From: Candidatus Spongiisociaceae bacterium
GTDB lineage: Bacteria; Actinomycetota; Acidimicrobiia; Spongiisociales; Spongiisociaceae
Direction of reading: 5' to 3'
NCBI GenBank assembly: GCA_965202665.1
Contig: OZ241841.1
Location: 2,688,001 to 2,752,000 of the forward strand
Length of the DNA stretch: 64,000 nt
How positions within the stretch are numbered: the first letter of the stretch is position 1; the number at the start of each line of letters is the position of its first letter. This document shows, piece after piece, positions 1-8,998 of this stretch. Under the pieces are notes generated by a model. It made no database searches, was not told the origin of the DNA, and was given only the letters and a program-made list of their open reading frames with translations. Made by a program: the position numbers and the translations under genes.

Positions 1-70
1 GCGCCGGAACCTTTTACAATGGAGGGGCGCGCCGGGCGCCGAACTGTTCGCTAGCGGAGGTAGGTGGCGT

Positions 71-1423
71 GTGGAACCCTCCCAACCGTTGATCGCCTTG
101 GTGGGCCGCCCCAACGTGGGCAAGTCCGCCCTGATCAACCGGATTGTGGGGCGGCGGGCGGCCGTCACCGAGGAAATGCCGGGCGTGACTCGCGACCGCC
201 GCCGGTTCGACGCCGAATGGAACGGCCGCCGTTTTGCGGTGATGGACACCGGCGGGTGGCAGCCCCCCTCCAAAAAGGAGGAGGCCCCTTTGGCGGCCGA
301 CATCCGAGAGCAGGCGGAGTCGGCCATAGCGGAAGCCGACCTGGTGATCTTGGTGGTCGACGCGCAGGGCGCGGTCACCTCCGAGGACGCGGCCGTGGCC
401 GAAATGCTCCGTCCCGTGCGGGGGCGGGTATTGGTGGCGGCCAACAAATGCGACAACGATCAAACGGCTGTCGGGGCGGGCGTTTTTCATCAACTGGGAC
501 TAGGCGAACCGTTTCCGGTTTCGGCCATCCACGGGGCGGGGGTGGCCGATTTGCTGGACGAGGCGGTGTCCCGGATGGGGGAGGAGGCCCCGCCGTCGGG
601 GGGCCGCCCGCCTGCCGAGCCCCCCCGGGTGGCGATTATCGGCCGCCCCAACGTCGGCAAATCCACCCTGCTCAACCGGCTGGCGGGCGCGGAGCGGGTG
701 GTGGTGTCGCCGGTTCCCGGAACCACCCGCGACCCGATCGACATCGACATCCGGCTGGCCGGCTCCCCCTACCGGCTGATCGACACGGCCGGAATGCGAC
801 GGCGGCCCAAAATAGCCGAAGACGTTGAATTCTTTTCGGTGTTGCGGGCCCGGGAGACGTTGCGTTCGGCGGACGCCGCCCTGCTGCTGATCGACGCCCG
901 GGAGGGAGTGACGCAACAGGATCAGCGCATCGCCCGGGAAGCGGCCGCCTCCGGGGCCGGCCTGGTGGTGGTTCTCAACAAGTGGGACGGGGCAGACGCC
1001 GAACAACGGGAGCGCACTACCGCCGAAACGGGGCGGCGGCTGGCTTTCGCCGGATGGTCTCCGGTGATTCGCATCTCCGCCCTGACCGGGGCCCGCATGA
1101 AACAACTGGCCCCGGCTTTGGAAACTGCCCTGGAAAGCCGCACCCGCCGCATACCCACAGCCCTCCTCAACCGTATGGTCTCGGAGTGGACCGCCGCTCA
1201 TCCGCCCCCGGTGCGCAAAGGGCGCCGTCCCCGGATAATGTACGCGGTCCAGTCGCAGACCGAGCCCCCCACCTTTGCGTTTTTCGCCAAAGGGGGGACC
1301 ATCGACGACACCTACTTGCGGTTTCTGGAGCGCCGATTGCGGGAATCCGGCGATTTCATCGGAACCCCCCTGCGATTGGCGGTGCGGAGGGGGGCGGGGC
1401 CCCGCCGGGCGGAGGCGGAATGA
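71..1423 (+). CDS. der: Ribosome biogenesis GTPase Der (EngA)
   Basis: Two tandem G domains (GRPNVGKS twice, DTGG/DTAG, NKCD/NKWD) and a C-terminal KH-like PPTF region; GTG start after GGAGG. Confidence 0.97.
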   Translation: MEPSQPLIALVGRPNVGKSALINRIVGRRAAVTEEMPGVTRDRRRFDAEWNGRRFAVMDTGGWQPPSKKEEAPLAADIREQAESAIAEADLVILVVDAQGAVTSEDAAVAEMLRPVRGRVLVAANKCDNDQTAVGAGVFHQLGLGEPFPVSAIHGAGVADLLDEAVSRMGEEAPPSGGRPPAEPPRVAIIGRPNVGKSTLLNRLAGAERVVVSPVPGTTRDPIDIDIRLAGSPYRLIDTAGMRRRPKIAEDVEFFSVLRARETLRSADAALLLIDAREGVTQQDQRIAREAAASGAGLVVVLNKWDGADAEQRERTTAETGRRLAFAGWSPVIRISALTGARMKQLAPALETALESRTRRIPTALLNRMVSEWTAAHPPPVRKGRRPRIMYAVQSQTEPPTFAFFAKGGTIDDTYLRFLERRLRESGDFIGTPLRLAVRRGAGPRRAEAE

Positions 1424-1581
1424 GCGGGGACTTGCCCCCTCGGGAGGATCAAACCCGGCCGCGGGATGATGAGGGGAGCGGCTCCCCCCTGGGATTCAAA
1501 CTGTTCCTGGGATTGGCCGTCCTGTACCTGGGCTGGCGGCTGGCGCAGGGGATAATGTGGGTAATCGACCGGTTGGGATGA
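1420..1581 (+). CDS. Small single-TM membrane protein (53 aa)
   Basis: ATG at 1420 overlaps the der stop (ATGA), GGAGG upstream; MSGDLPP...FKLFLGLAVLYLGWRLAQGIMWVIDRLG has one hydrophobic helix. Confidence 0.7.
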   Translation: MSGDLPPREDQTRPRDDEGSGSPLGFKLFLGLAVLYLGWRLAQGIMWVIDRLG

Positions 1582-1597
1582 GCCCGCGGACAGACTC

Positions 1598-1674
1598 TGG
1601 TCGGGCTGGCGGGATTTGAACCCGCGGCCTCTTGACCCCCAGTCAAGCGCGCTACCAAGCTGCGCCACAGCCCG
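1598..1674 (-). tRNA. tRNA-Pro(GGG)
   Basis: Reverse complement CGGGCTGTGGCGCAGCTTGGTAGCGCGCTTGACTGGGGGTCAAGAGGCCGCGGGTTCAAATCCCGCCAGCCCGACCA folds as a cloverleaf with GTTCAAAT T-loop, GGG anticodon and encoded CCA. Confidence 0.97.
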
Positions 1675-1758
1675 TTGCGGCCCCAGTATAGCGCCCGCCG
1701 CGGGCGCGCAACGGGTAAAATGCCGCCCGGACGGTCCGCCCACCGAACCGGAGGAGCC

Positions 1759-2364
1759 ATGAACCCCGACCCGCCCCCTGGCCCGGCCCCGGATGTAACG
1801 GACAGAGGGTTGTGGACTTTGCCCAACCTGGTTTCCGCCTTGCGCATTTGCGCCATTCCGGTCTTTCTGTGGTTGTTGCTGGGAGCGGACAATGCGCGGG
1901 GGGCCGCCCTGCTCCTGATCGCCATCGGCCTTTCCGATTTCATAGACGGGGCGCTGGCCCGCAAACTGGGGCAGACCTCGCGCATCGGCAAGTTGCTGGA
2001 CCCCGCCGCCGACCGGCTGGCCATTCTGGCCGCGCTGGCGGGGGGGTTGGCGGCGGGGGTGGTTCCGAGCTGGCTGGGATGGCCGTTGCTGGTTCGGGAA
2101 ATTCTGGTGGGAGGGGGGGCGTTGTTGCTCATGTTCAAAGCGACGGTTAAACCGGAGGTGCGGCCCGCCGGCAAGTGGGCCACCGCCGTCGTTTACGCTT
2201 CCATTCCCGCTTATTACCTGGCCGCAACCGAGACGGCGGTTTGGTTTGCCGCCCCTGCTTTTTGGAGGATGCTGGGGGCGATCACCGGGATAGCCGGATT
2301 GGTTCTCTATTGGGGAGTGACCTGGCTGTATCTGGGAGACGCCCGCCGCGCCCTGCGCGCCTAA
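1759..2364 (+). CDS. CDP-alcohol phosphatidyltransferase (PgsA2/cardiolipin-synthase-like)
   Basis: TLPN..S..R and D..DG.LAR......G..LDP.ADR motif; multi-TM; ATG at 1759 after GGAGGAG. Confidence 0.92.
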   Translation: MNPDPPPGPAPDVTDRGLWTLPNLVSALRICAIPVFLWLLLGADNARGAALLLIAIGLSDFIDGALARKLGQTSRIGKLLDPAADRLAILAALAGGLAAGVVPSWLGWPLLVREILVGGGALLLMFKATVKPEVRPAGKWATAVVYASIPAYYLAATETAVWFAAPAFWRMLGAITGIAGLVLYWGVTWLYLGDARRALRA

Positions 2365-2419
2365 AGCTCCACTTCAACCTGAGAGCATCCCGCGCCGGGA
2401 GGAAAAATCAGGTTGAACG

Positions 2420-2448
2420 TTGGAAACGGGGCCGGCAGCCGCTACAAT
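2420..2448 (+). promoter_or_regulatory. Putative sigma70-type promoter for a leaderless FHA-gene transcript
   Basis: TTGGAA (2420-2425), 17 nt, TACAAT (2443-2448), 6 nt, ATG 2455; no SD sequence. Confidence 0.55.
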
Positions 2449-2454
2449 ACGAGC

Positions 2455-2886
2455 ATGCCTGAAAAAGAAAACCCGCCCCATGACGGGGAATCGGCGGAGT
2501 TTTCCACCGAGACCGACCCGACCGTCATCTTCGTCCCGATCAAAGAAACGGCGCTGACGCCGGAGGCGGCCCGGGCCATCGCCGGCGTGAAAGGAACGGC
2601 CTTGATAGTGGAACGGGGCCCGGAGGCCGGCAAGACCTGGCTGTTGGGCACGGGGGATACCGAATTGGGCCGCCACCCGTCCAACGACATCGTGTTGGAC
2701 GACATCACCGTTTCCCGCCGCCATTGCACCATTCGCGTCGCCGAACGGAAAATTTCCCTGCTGGACGCCGGTTCCACCAACGGCAGTTACGTGAACGGCC
2801 AGCGGGTGGACGCCGCTCCGTTGGCGGCCGGCGACCGGTTGCTGATCGGCAAATTTCATTTGATGGTGGCCCGGGGCGATGGTTGA
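2455..2886 (+). CDS. FHA domain protein, GarA/OdhI-like
   Basis: GRHPSNDIVLDDITVSRRH and GSTNGSYVNG FHA motifs; followed by the MerR-BFN-MerR genes that flank garA in actinobacteria. Confidence 0.88.
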   Translation: MPEKENPPHDGESAEFSTETDPTVIFVPIKETALTPEAARAIAGVKGTALIVERGPEAGKTWLLGTGDTELGRHPSNDIVLDDITVSRRHCTIRVAERKISLLDAGSTNGSYVNGQRVDAAPLAAGDRLLIGKFHLMVARGDG

Positions 2887-3583
2887 GGAGGACCACCTCA
2901 CCATCGGCGAGGTCATCAATCTCCTCAAAGACGACTTCCCCGACGCCACCGTCTCCAAAGTCCGGTTTCTGGAAAGCCAAGGACTGATCACCCCCACCCG
3001 CTCCGCCTCCGGTTACCGGCAGTTCACCGCCGACGATGTGAAACGGTTGCGGTTCATCATGGAACAGCAACGGGACTGGTTTCTCCCGCTCAAAGTGATC
3101 CGCTCCCAGCTGACCCTTTGGGAGAGAGGGGAGGAGCCCTCCCCGGTGCGGGAGTCGGGTCCGGCCTCCCTCCGGGGATTGCTGGAGGCGGAGGACGAAG
3201 AGGAACTGCTCGACGAGCACGAACTGGCCGCCCGGGCCAAAGTGAGCCGGGAGCAGGTGCGGGAACTGGTGCGGCACGGCCTGATCACCCCCTACGAAAA
3301 CGCCCAAAACCCCATGTTCTCCACCCGGCATGCGGCCATCGTCCGCCAGTGCGGAACGCTCATGGAAATGGGGCTGGAACCCCGCCACCTGCGATCGGTG
3401 CGCCACTCGGCGGAGCGCAGCGCCGACCTGCTGATCGGTTTGACCGCGCCGGTGCGCCGCCGTCGCAACCCGCAGGCCCAGCGGGAGGCGATGGACGCCC
3501 TCGCCGACTGCTCCGAAGCATTGAACCGGTTGATGACGTTGCTGTTCTCAGTGGAGATCAGGTCGGTCATCAACCCGGACTGA
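2879..3583 (+). CDS. MerR-family regulator (Rv1828/FtsR-like)
   Basis: IGEV...L..DFPD.T.SK.RFLE..GLI.P.R..SGYR HTH; LPL.VIR and G.EPRHLR motifs. Confidence 0.9.
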   Translation: MVEEDHLTIGEVINLLKDDFPDATVSKVRFLESQGLITPTRSASGYRQFTADDVKRLRFIMEQQRDWFLPLKVIRSQLTLWERGEEPSPVRESGPASLRGLLEAEDEEELLDEHELAARAKVSREQVRELVRHGLITPYENAQNPMFSTRHAAIVRQCGTLMEMGLEPRHLRSVRHSAERSADLLIGLTAPVRRRRNPQAQREAMDALADCSEALNRLMTLLFSVEIRSVINPD

Positions 3584-3591
3584 GGTTCGCT

Positions 3592-4779
3592 TTGCGCCGG
3601 GCGGCTGCCTGTTTGACCGCGGCGGGACTGCTCCTGCTGACCGCCCTCCCCGGCTGGGGGGCGGCGTTGCTGGGCGGTCCGTCCCCGCCTCCCGCCGCTT
3701 TCCTGCTTCCCGCCCCGCCTCCCCCGCTGACCGCCCCGGCCTGGATTCTCTACGACGACACCTACGGGCGGGAACTGGCGTCGCATCAGGCCGACCTGCC
3801 GCGGGAGGTGGCCTCCACCACCAAGATGATGACCGCCTTGGTGGCGCTGGAGTCTGCCGGGTTGGAGAGGCGGGCGGTGATCAGCAGGCGGGCGGCCGGG
3901 GTGGGGGAGTCGGAGATCGGGCTGACGGCGGGGGAGGAGATGTGGACGGTGCGGGATCTGCTGGCGGCCTTGCTGGTGGCCAGCGCCAACGACGCGGCGG
4001 TGGCCCTGGCCGAACACATCGGGGGTTCGGTGGAGGACTTCGCGGAGATGATGAACGAGCGGGCGGAGGAGATGGGCCTGGAGAACACCCGTTTCGCCAA
4101 CCCGCACGGCTTGGACCAGGAGGGCCATTACAGCGCCGCCCGCGATCTGCTGGCCATCGCCCGGGCCGGGATGGAGAACGCCGACTTCGCCGGCTGGGTG
4201 GGCGCGCAGACGGTGGACCTGCCCGCCGACCGGGAGGGCGAACCGCGCGCCGCGGTCAACACTAACCGGTTGCTGGCCGACTATCCGGGGGCGATCGGGA
4301 TCAAAACCGGCTACACCGACCTGGCCGGCCTGTCGCTGGCGACGGCCGCCGAACGGGACGGTCGACGGCTGTACGCGGTGGTTTTGGGGTCCGAAGACCA
4401 TTTCGCCGAAGGGGCGGCCCTGTTGGATTACGGGTTCCGGGAGTTCGGAACAGCCACCCTGGTGGAGGGGGGCGGCCTTCACCGGCCGTTGGGCGGCCTG
4501 CTGGCCGGGGAGGCTTTGGAATCCCCCCAGCCGGGCCTGATCACCGAAGTGACCGTCCCCGCCCCGCCGCCCGCCGCCCGCCGCCCGTCCCCCCCGGCGC
4601 GTTCGCTTCCCCCACCCGTTTCGCAACCCGCCCCCCCGGCCCCGGCGCGGGAGGCCGGGCCGGAGGCCGTCGCCCCGCCCCGGGAGGCGGAGGAGACGGC
4701 CCGCCCCGACCTGCCCGGGGTGGCCGATGCCTGGGGGTGGGCGACCCGTTACCTGGACCTGTTGCTGGGGCGGCGATGA
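3592..4779 (+). CDS. D-alanyl-D-alanine carboxypeptidase (peptidase S11) with Pro-rich C-terminal linker
   Basis: STTK, SAN and KTG motifs and NPHGLD; signal-peptide-like N-terminus; start (TTG 3592) inferred. Confidence 0.9.
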   Translation: MRRAAACLTAAGLLLLTALPGWGAALLGGPSPPPAAFLLPAPPPPLTAPAWILYDDTYGRELASHQADLPREVASTTKMMTALVALESAGLERRAVISRRAAGVGESEIGLTAGEEMWTVRDLLAALLVASANDAAVALAEHIGGSVEDFAEMMNERAEEMGLENTRFANPHGLDQEGHYSAARDLLAIARAGMENADFAGWVGAQTVDLPADREGEPRAAVNTNRLLADYPGAIGIKTGYTDLAGLSLATAAERDGRRLYAVVLGSEDHFAEGAALLDYGFREFGTATLVEGGGLHRPLGGLLAGEALESPQPGLITEVTVPAPPPAARRPSPPARSLPPPVSQPAPPAPAREAGPEAVAPPREAEETARPDLPGVADAWGWATRYLDLLLGRR

Positions 4780-5360
4780 CCGAACGGGCGGCCGCATCGG
4801 ATATTTTCCAGGAGGTGGCTTCGGCGCAGGCCATCGCCTCCCGGGTGGCGGAACTGGGCCGCCGCATCTCCGAGGACTACCGGGGGCGGTCGCCGGTGTT
4901 GCTGGGGGTGCTGTCCGGCTCCCTTATGTTCCACGCCGACCTGGTGCGCAGCATCTCCATCGAATGCGAGACCGACTTCTTGGCGCTGACCAGGTTCGGG
5001 GAAGGGGGGAGGGTGCGCCTGGCCATGGACGCCGCCTCCAACCTGGAGGGCCGCCACGTTCTGATCGTGGAGGACATCGTCGACACCGGCTTCACGCTCT
5101 CCTTGCTGATCAAGACCTTGCAGACCCGCAACTGCGCCGGGGTGCGCACCGTCGCCTTGCTGGACAAAGCCCCCCGACGCATCGTGGACGTTCCCATCGA
5201 CTATCGGGGATTCGAGGTGGGGGACGAGTTCCTGCTGGGCTACGGGTTGGACTGGGAGGGGATGTTCCGCAACCTGCCTTCCCTATGGGCGGTGATGGAC
5301 TTCGCCCGGTTCAACGAAAACCCCGCCGCCCTTTTTGAAATTGCCTACGCGGACGTCTAG
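4776..5360 (+). CDS. hpt: Hypoxanthine phosphoribosyltransferase-like protein
   Basis: VEDIVDTG PRPP loop and GYGLD....RNLP; ATG overlaps the upstream stop (ATGA). Confidence 0.85.
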   Translation: MTERAAASDIFQEVASAQAIASRVAELGRRISEDYRGRSPVLLGVLSGSLMFHADLVRSISIECETDFLALTRFGEGGRVRLAMDAASNLEGRHVLIVEDIVDTGFTLSLLIKTLQTRNCAGVRTVALLDKAPRRIVDVPIDYRGFEVGDEFLLGYGLDWEGMFRNLPSLWAVMDFARFNENPAALFEIAYADV

Positions 5361-5369
5361 ACTTGGATT

Positions 5370-5852
5370 ATGAGCGACGCCGTTCCCATGGACCTGATCG
5401 GGGTTCGGATTGAATACCCGACCAACCAGCCGATAGTTTTGCTCCGGGAGACGGAGGGGGTGCGCTATCTGGCCATCTGGATCGGGGCCATGGAAGCCAC
5501 CGCCATCGCCTACGCCTTGGAGGGGGTCAACAGCCAGCGTCCTTTCACCCACGACCTGTTGCGGATGGTTATAGAAGAACTGGAGGCGACGGTGAACAGG
5601 GTGACGGTCACCGAACTGCGGGACAGCATCTACTACGCCGAGATGGTTCTGTCCCGGAAAGGCCGGGAAACGAGCGTCAGCTCCCGCCCGTCGGACGCCA
5701 TCGCCTTGGCGGCCCGCACCGGGGCCTCCCTGTTCGCCACCGAAGAGGTGTTGGCGGACGCCGGGATTGAAATCAAGGACGAGGACCAGGAAGCCGAAGT
5801 GGAACGCTTTAAGGAGTTCCTGGAAGATCTCACCCCGGCGGACTTCGCCTGA
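5370..5852 (+). CDS. Bifunctional nuclease family protein (DUF151, Rv1829-like)
   Basis: IWIG..EA.AI, RP.THDL and SRPSDAIALA motifs. Confidence 0.92.
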   Translation: MSDAVPMDLIGVRIEYPTNQPIVLLRETEGVRYLAIWIGAMEATAIAYALEGVNSQRPFTHDLLRMVIEELEATVNRVTVTELRDSIYYAEMVLSRKGRETSVSSRPSDAIALAARTGASLFATEEVLADAGIEIKDEDQEAEVERFKEFLEDLTPADFA

Positions 5853-6015
5853 AACCGCAACACCGCCCGTCGGCGTCCCGGATGGGCCCGGACCGTAAAA
5901 GACCGATAAACGGGGGCGGGGGGTTTAGGCTGTCGAGTAACCGGAGGGTAGTTACGGCCGCGTAAGTCGTACTGCCGGATCCCGGACGGCGGGGGAGACG
6001 GCGAAGGGCTCGACG

Positions 6016-6507
6016 ATGACGCAACGGAAGATATCGGAACCGGAGGGCTACGGAGGCCCGCAGGCGTGCCAGCTGGCGGGCATCACCTACCGGCAACTTG
6101 ACTACTGGGCGCGCACCGAGTTGCTCACCCCCTCCATACAGGAGGCGCAGGGGTCCGGCACGCAACGGCTGTATTCATTCACCGACGTGGTGCAGTTGCG
6201 CATCATCAAACGCATCCTGGACACTGGTATGAACCTGAAAAAGGTTCGCATGGCGGTGGAATGGCTGCGCCGGGAAATGGAGAAAGGAAACGATCTGTCC
6301 GGGATGACTTTGATGTCGGACGGCGTGTCCATTTTCGCGGTAGGCAGCCCCCGGGAAATGATCGACGTTTTGGAAAGCGGCCAAGCGGTGTTCGCCATCG
6401 CCATTCAGCCGGTGGTGGACCAACTCACCGGAGAGTTGCATGAAATGATCCCCCGGGTAGCGGAAACCGGCCATCGGGCGCCGATCGGGGCGGCCTCCGC
6501 CGGGTAA
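6016..6507 (+). CDS. MerR-family regulator (Rv1830-like)
   Basis: AGITYRQLDYWART.L..PS...A.GSG.QRLYS signature. Confidence 0.93.
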   Translation: MTQRKISEPEGYGGPQACQLAGITYRQLDYWARTELLTPSIQEAQGSGTQRLYSFTDVVQLRIIKRILDTGMNLKKVRMAVEWLRREMEKGNDLSGMTLMSDGVSIFAVGSPREMIDVLESGQAVFAIAIQPVVDQLTGELHEMIPRVAETGHRAPIGAASAG

Positions 6508-6563
6508 AGTCAGGAGTCGACCTGAACGCTCCGCCGGCCCCGAAAACCCCCCGGGCGGAAACC

Positions 6564-6962
6564 ATGAATTTCGCTCACGAAAGCGAACGGGACTTCGCCC
6601 GCTTGTTGGATTTCTACGACTTGGCCTGGGAATACGAGCCCCGGTGTTTTCCAGTGGAATGGGGTTCGGACGGACGGCCCGTCAAATTTTTCACCCCCGA
6701 CTTCTACCTGCCCGAAGAAGATCTGTTTATCGAAATAACCACTATGAACCAGAAACGGGTCACATCTAAAAACCGAAAGGTGCGGAGGTTGCGGGAGCTT
6801 TACCCGGAGGTGCGCATCAAGGTTCTGTACAAAAAGGATTATCTGCATCTGGTGGCCAAATACGGGCTGGGGGCGGGCCGGGAGCGGGTGGCGGCGCTGA
6901 GCCGGGAACCGGGTCCGCCCCGGATTCATCCGGCCGAGCCGCTGTTCTCACCCGTCTCCTAG
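6564..6962 (+). CDS. Hypothetical protein with PD-(D/E)xK-like nuclease motif
   Basis: WEYEP...FTPDFYLP..DLFIEITT pattern resembles a PD-(D/E)xK core, with Thr at the Lys position. Confidence 0.7.
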   Translation: MNFAHESERDFARLLDFYDLAWEYEPRCFPVEWGSDGRPVKFFTPDFYLPEEDLFIEITTMNQKRVTSKNRKVRRLRELYPEVRIKVLYKKDYLHLVAKYGLGAGRERVAALSREPGPPRIHPAEPLFSPVS

Positions 6963-7022
6963 CAACGCGGACAGCGGCCGGCCGCTATCCTGTTCGGCGC
7001 GGGACGGCCGCGGAGAACCCTT

Positions 7023-7835
7023 ATGAAATCATCGGTACGGATCGGAACCACCCGGGCCGGGGTCACCGAACTCACCCGGCGCTGGCGGGCGGAAAACCCA
7101 TGGGCGGTTCTGCTGATCGTGCACGGCTTGGGGGAGCATTCCGGACGATACGAGGAAACGGGCCGTCTGCTGGCCGGGGCCGGCATCGAGGTTTTCGGAT
7201 TCGACCTGCTGGGCCATGGGGCCTCCGGGGGGAGGCGGGCCGATGCTCCCTCCTGGGACGCGTTTTTGGAGCAGGTGGCCGACAACCTGGGCCGGGCGCT
7301 GGGGGAGGGGCGGCCCGCGGTGTTGCTGGGCCATTCCCTGGGCGGCCTGATCGCCGCCTCCTACACCCGCTCCCGGCACCGCCAACCCGACCTGGTGGCG
7401 CTGAGCGCGCCCGCTTTGGACGCGGCCATGCCCCGATGGAAGCGGCGGGCCGCCCCGGTGCTGGGAAAATTGGCCCCCGGTTTGCCGATTCCCAACCGGA
7501 TTCGCCCGCACCACCTGTCCCGGGACCCGGCGGTGGGGGAGGTCTACCGGGCCGATCCGTTGACGACGGCCCGCACCCGGGCCCGGCTGGGGGCGATGAT
7601 CATCGGGCAGATGGACAAGTTCAAGCGTTCCCTGGACGCCTACTCCGCCCCCACCCTGCTGTTGCACGGCGGCGATGACCCGGTGGTTCCCCCGGCGGCC
7701 ACCGTCCGGCTGGGGGAGCGGCCGAGCGTGGAACGAAAGACTTATCCGGGTTTGCGCCACGAAATATTCAACGAACCGGAGGGGCCGCAGGTAACGGAAG
7801 ATCTGACGGCCTGGATCAGGGAACGGGCCGGCTAG
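7023..7835 (+). CDS. Alpha/beta hydrolase (lysophospholipase/monoacylglycerol lipase family)
   Basis: VHGLGEHSGRY, GHSLGG nucleophile elbow, HG..D and HEIFNE. Confidence 0.92.
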   Translation: MKSSVRIGTTRAGVTELTRRWRAENPWAVLLIVHGLGEHSGRYEETGRLLAGAGIEVFGFDLLGHGASGGRRADAPSWDAFLEQVADNLGRALGEGRPAVLLGHSLGGLIAASYTRSRHRQPDLVALSAPALDAAMPRWKRRAAPVLGKLAPGLPIPNRIRPHHLSRDPAVGEVYRADPLTTARTRARLGAMIIGQMDKFKRSLDAYSAPTLLLHGGDDPVVPPAATVRLGERPSVERKTYPGLRHEIFNEPEGPQVTEDLTAWIRERAG

Positions 7836-7848
7836 CCCGGCAAGGGGG

Positions 7849-8925
7849 TCACCCGCCGGCCTCGGCGGAGGGGGCGGGCGGAGGAGACAGCGACTCCTCC
7901 AAGGATTCAACGACCGTGTCCGACACCCACCCGAATTCGGACACCGCCGCCCTAAAGCGCTCCAAGGCCCGGGAACGCGCCTCCCCGGTATCGGGCGATT
8001 CCAAGCCTGCCACCATCCCCGCGGCCGAGTCGGCCAGCACCTGCAATGAATCCTGCAACCGGAGCCGGTTGTCCAAGGTCAGTTCGGCGGGCGGCTCCAG
8101 ATCCGCCAATTGATTGGGCAAATCGGCCGCCTGCAACTGGATGGAGATCAACCCGCTGCGGGTCACATCGTAGTTTTGGGTTCGGTCGTCCCAAGCCTGG
8201 TTGACTTGGGCGGCGGACGAGCCCACCGCGGCTACCTCCTCCGCCAGTTGCCGCAGACCGGCCGCGTATTCGCGGATCGACGTCTCCCGGGCGGCGGGCA
8301 GGGTGGTGGTGGAGGGAACCGGTTCCGGTTCATCGCCGGAGCGGAACAAAGTAAGGGCGGCCAAAATCACCGCCGCCCCTATTACGAACAGAATTATCGC
8401 CCGCCGCCAAAAGTAAGGGTTGTAAGCCGGGCCCGTCTGCGCCGGCTCCTCCCCGGGCATGGGAGGCAGAGGCCCGCCTCCCCCCCGCTCCCCGCCCGAC
8501 GGCGGGTAGGCGGTTCCGTAAGGATCGTCGCCCGGGGAGGGCCGGTCGTATTGGGAAAAATCAATGTCCCATTCTCCGCCGTTCCATTCCCCGGTCGGTT
8601 CCCCCCCGGTATCCCACTGCTCCGTTCCGGGCCGGGGGGGAGGGGGGGAGTGGGCGGCTGGAGGCGGCGGAGCGCGGGGGTCGGATTCTTGGTGGCGGAC
8701 CCCGCATTGCAGGCAGTAGGAAGCGCGGGCGGGATTGGCGGTTTTGCACACATGGCAGACGAACCCGTCCGGGTCGTCCGAGGACGAAGAGGGCCGGGAA
8801 GAAGTGTGGGGGTTGATCATGGCCTCGGTCACCGGCTCCGGTTCGGCGGCGCCCAAGTCGGCCCCCATGTCCCGCGCCGGCGGAGGACGGCCTGCGAAAG
8901 GCGTTTCATCTCCCGGGAAAGTCAC
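7849..8925 (-). CDS. Zinc-ribbon, Pro-rich, single-TM membrane protein
   Basis: CHVC...CLQC ribbon, Pro/Gly-rich linker, one TM (AIILFVIGAAVILAALTLF) and a helical extracellular domain. Confidence 0.72.
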   Translation of the reverse strand: MTFPGDETPFAGRPPPARDMGADLGAAEPEPVTEAMINPHTSSRPSSSSDDPDGFVCHVCKTANPARASYCLQCGVRHQESDPRAPPPPAAHSPPPPRPGTEQWDTGGEPTGEWNGGEWDIDFSQYDRPSPGDDPYGTAYPPSGGERGGGGPLPPMPGEEPAQTGPAYNPYFWRRAIILFVIGAAVILAALTLFRSGDEPEPVPSTTTLPAARETSIREYAAGLRQLAEEVAAVGSSAAQVNQAWDDRTQNYDVTRSGLISIQLQAADLPNQLADLEPPAELTLDNRLRLQDSLQVLADSAAGMVAGLESPDTGEARSRALERFRAAVSEFGWVSDTVVESLEESLSPPPAPSAEAGG

Positions 8926-8998
8926 GGATGCTCCCTCAACGGTTTATTCCTTGTTCAGTTCAAGAATAGTGCCATTATGTCGCTAGCCTGGCAACATT

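Noticed and set aside
1598-1674. tRNA-Pro as an island integration site
   Set aside because: No duplicated 3' end or integrase seen; flanks are housekeeping genes.
5853-6015. Structured RNA or operator before the second MerR gene (GTAAC-N9-GTTAC)
   Set aside because: Only a 5-bp inverted repeat; not distinguishable from chance without comparative data.
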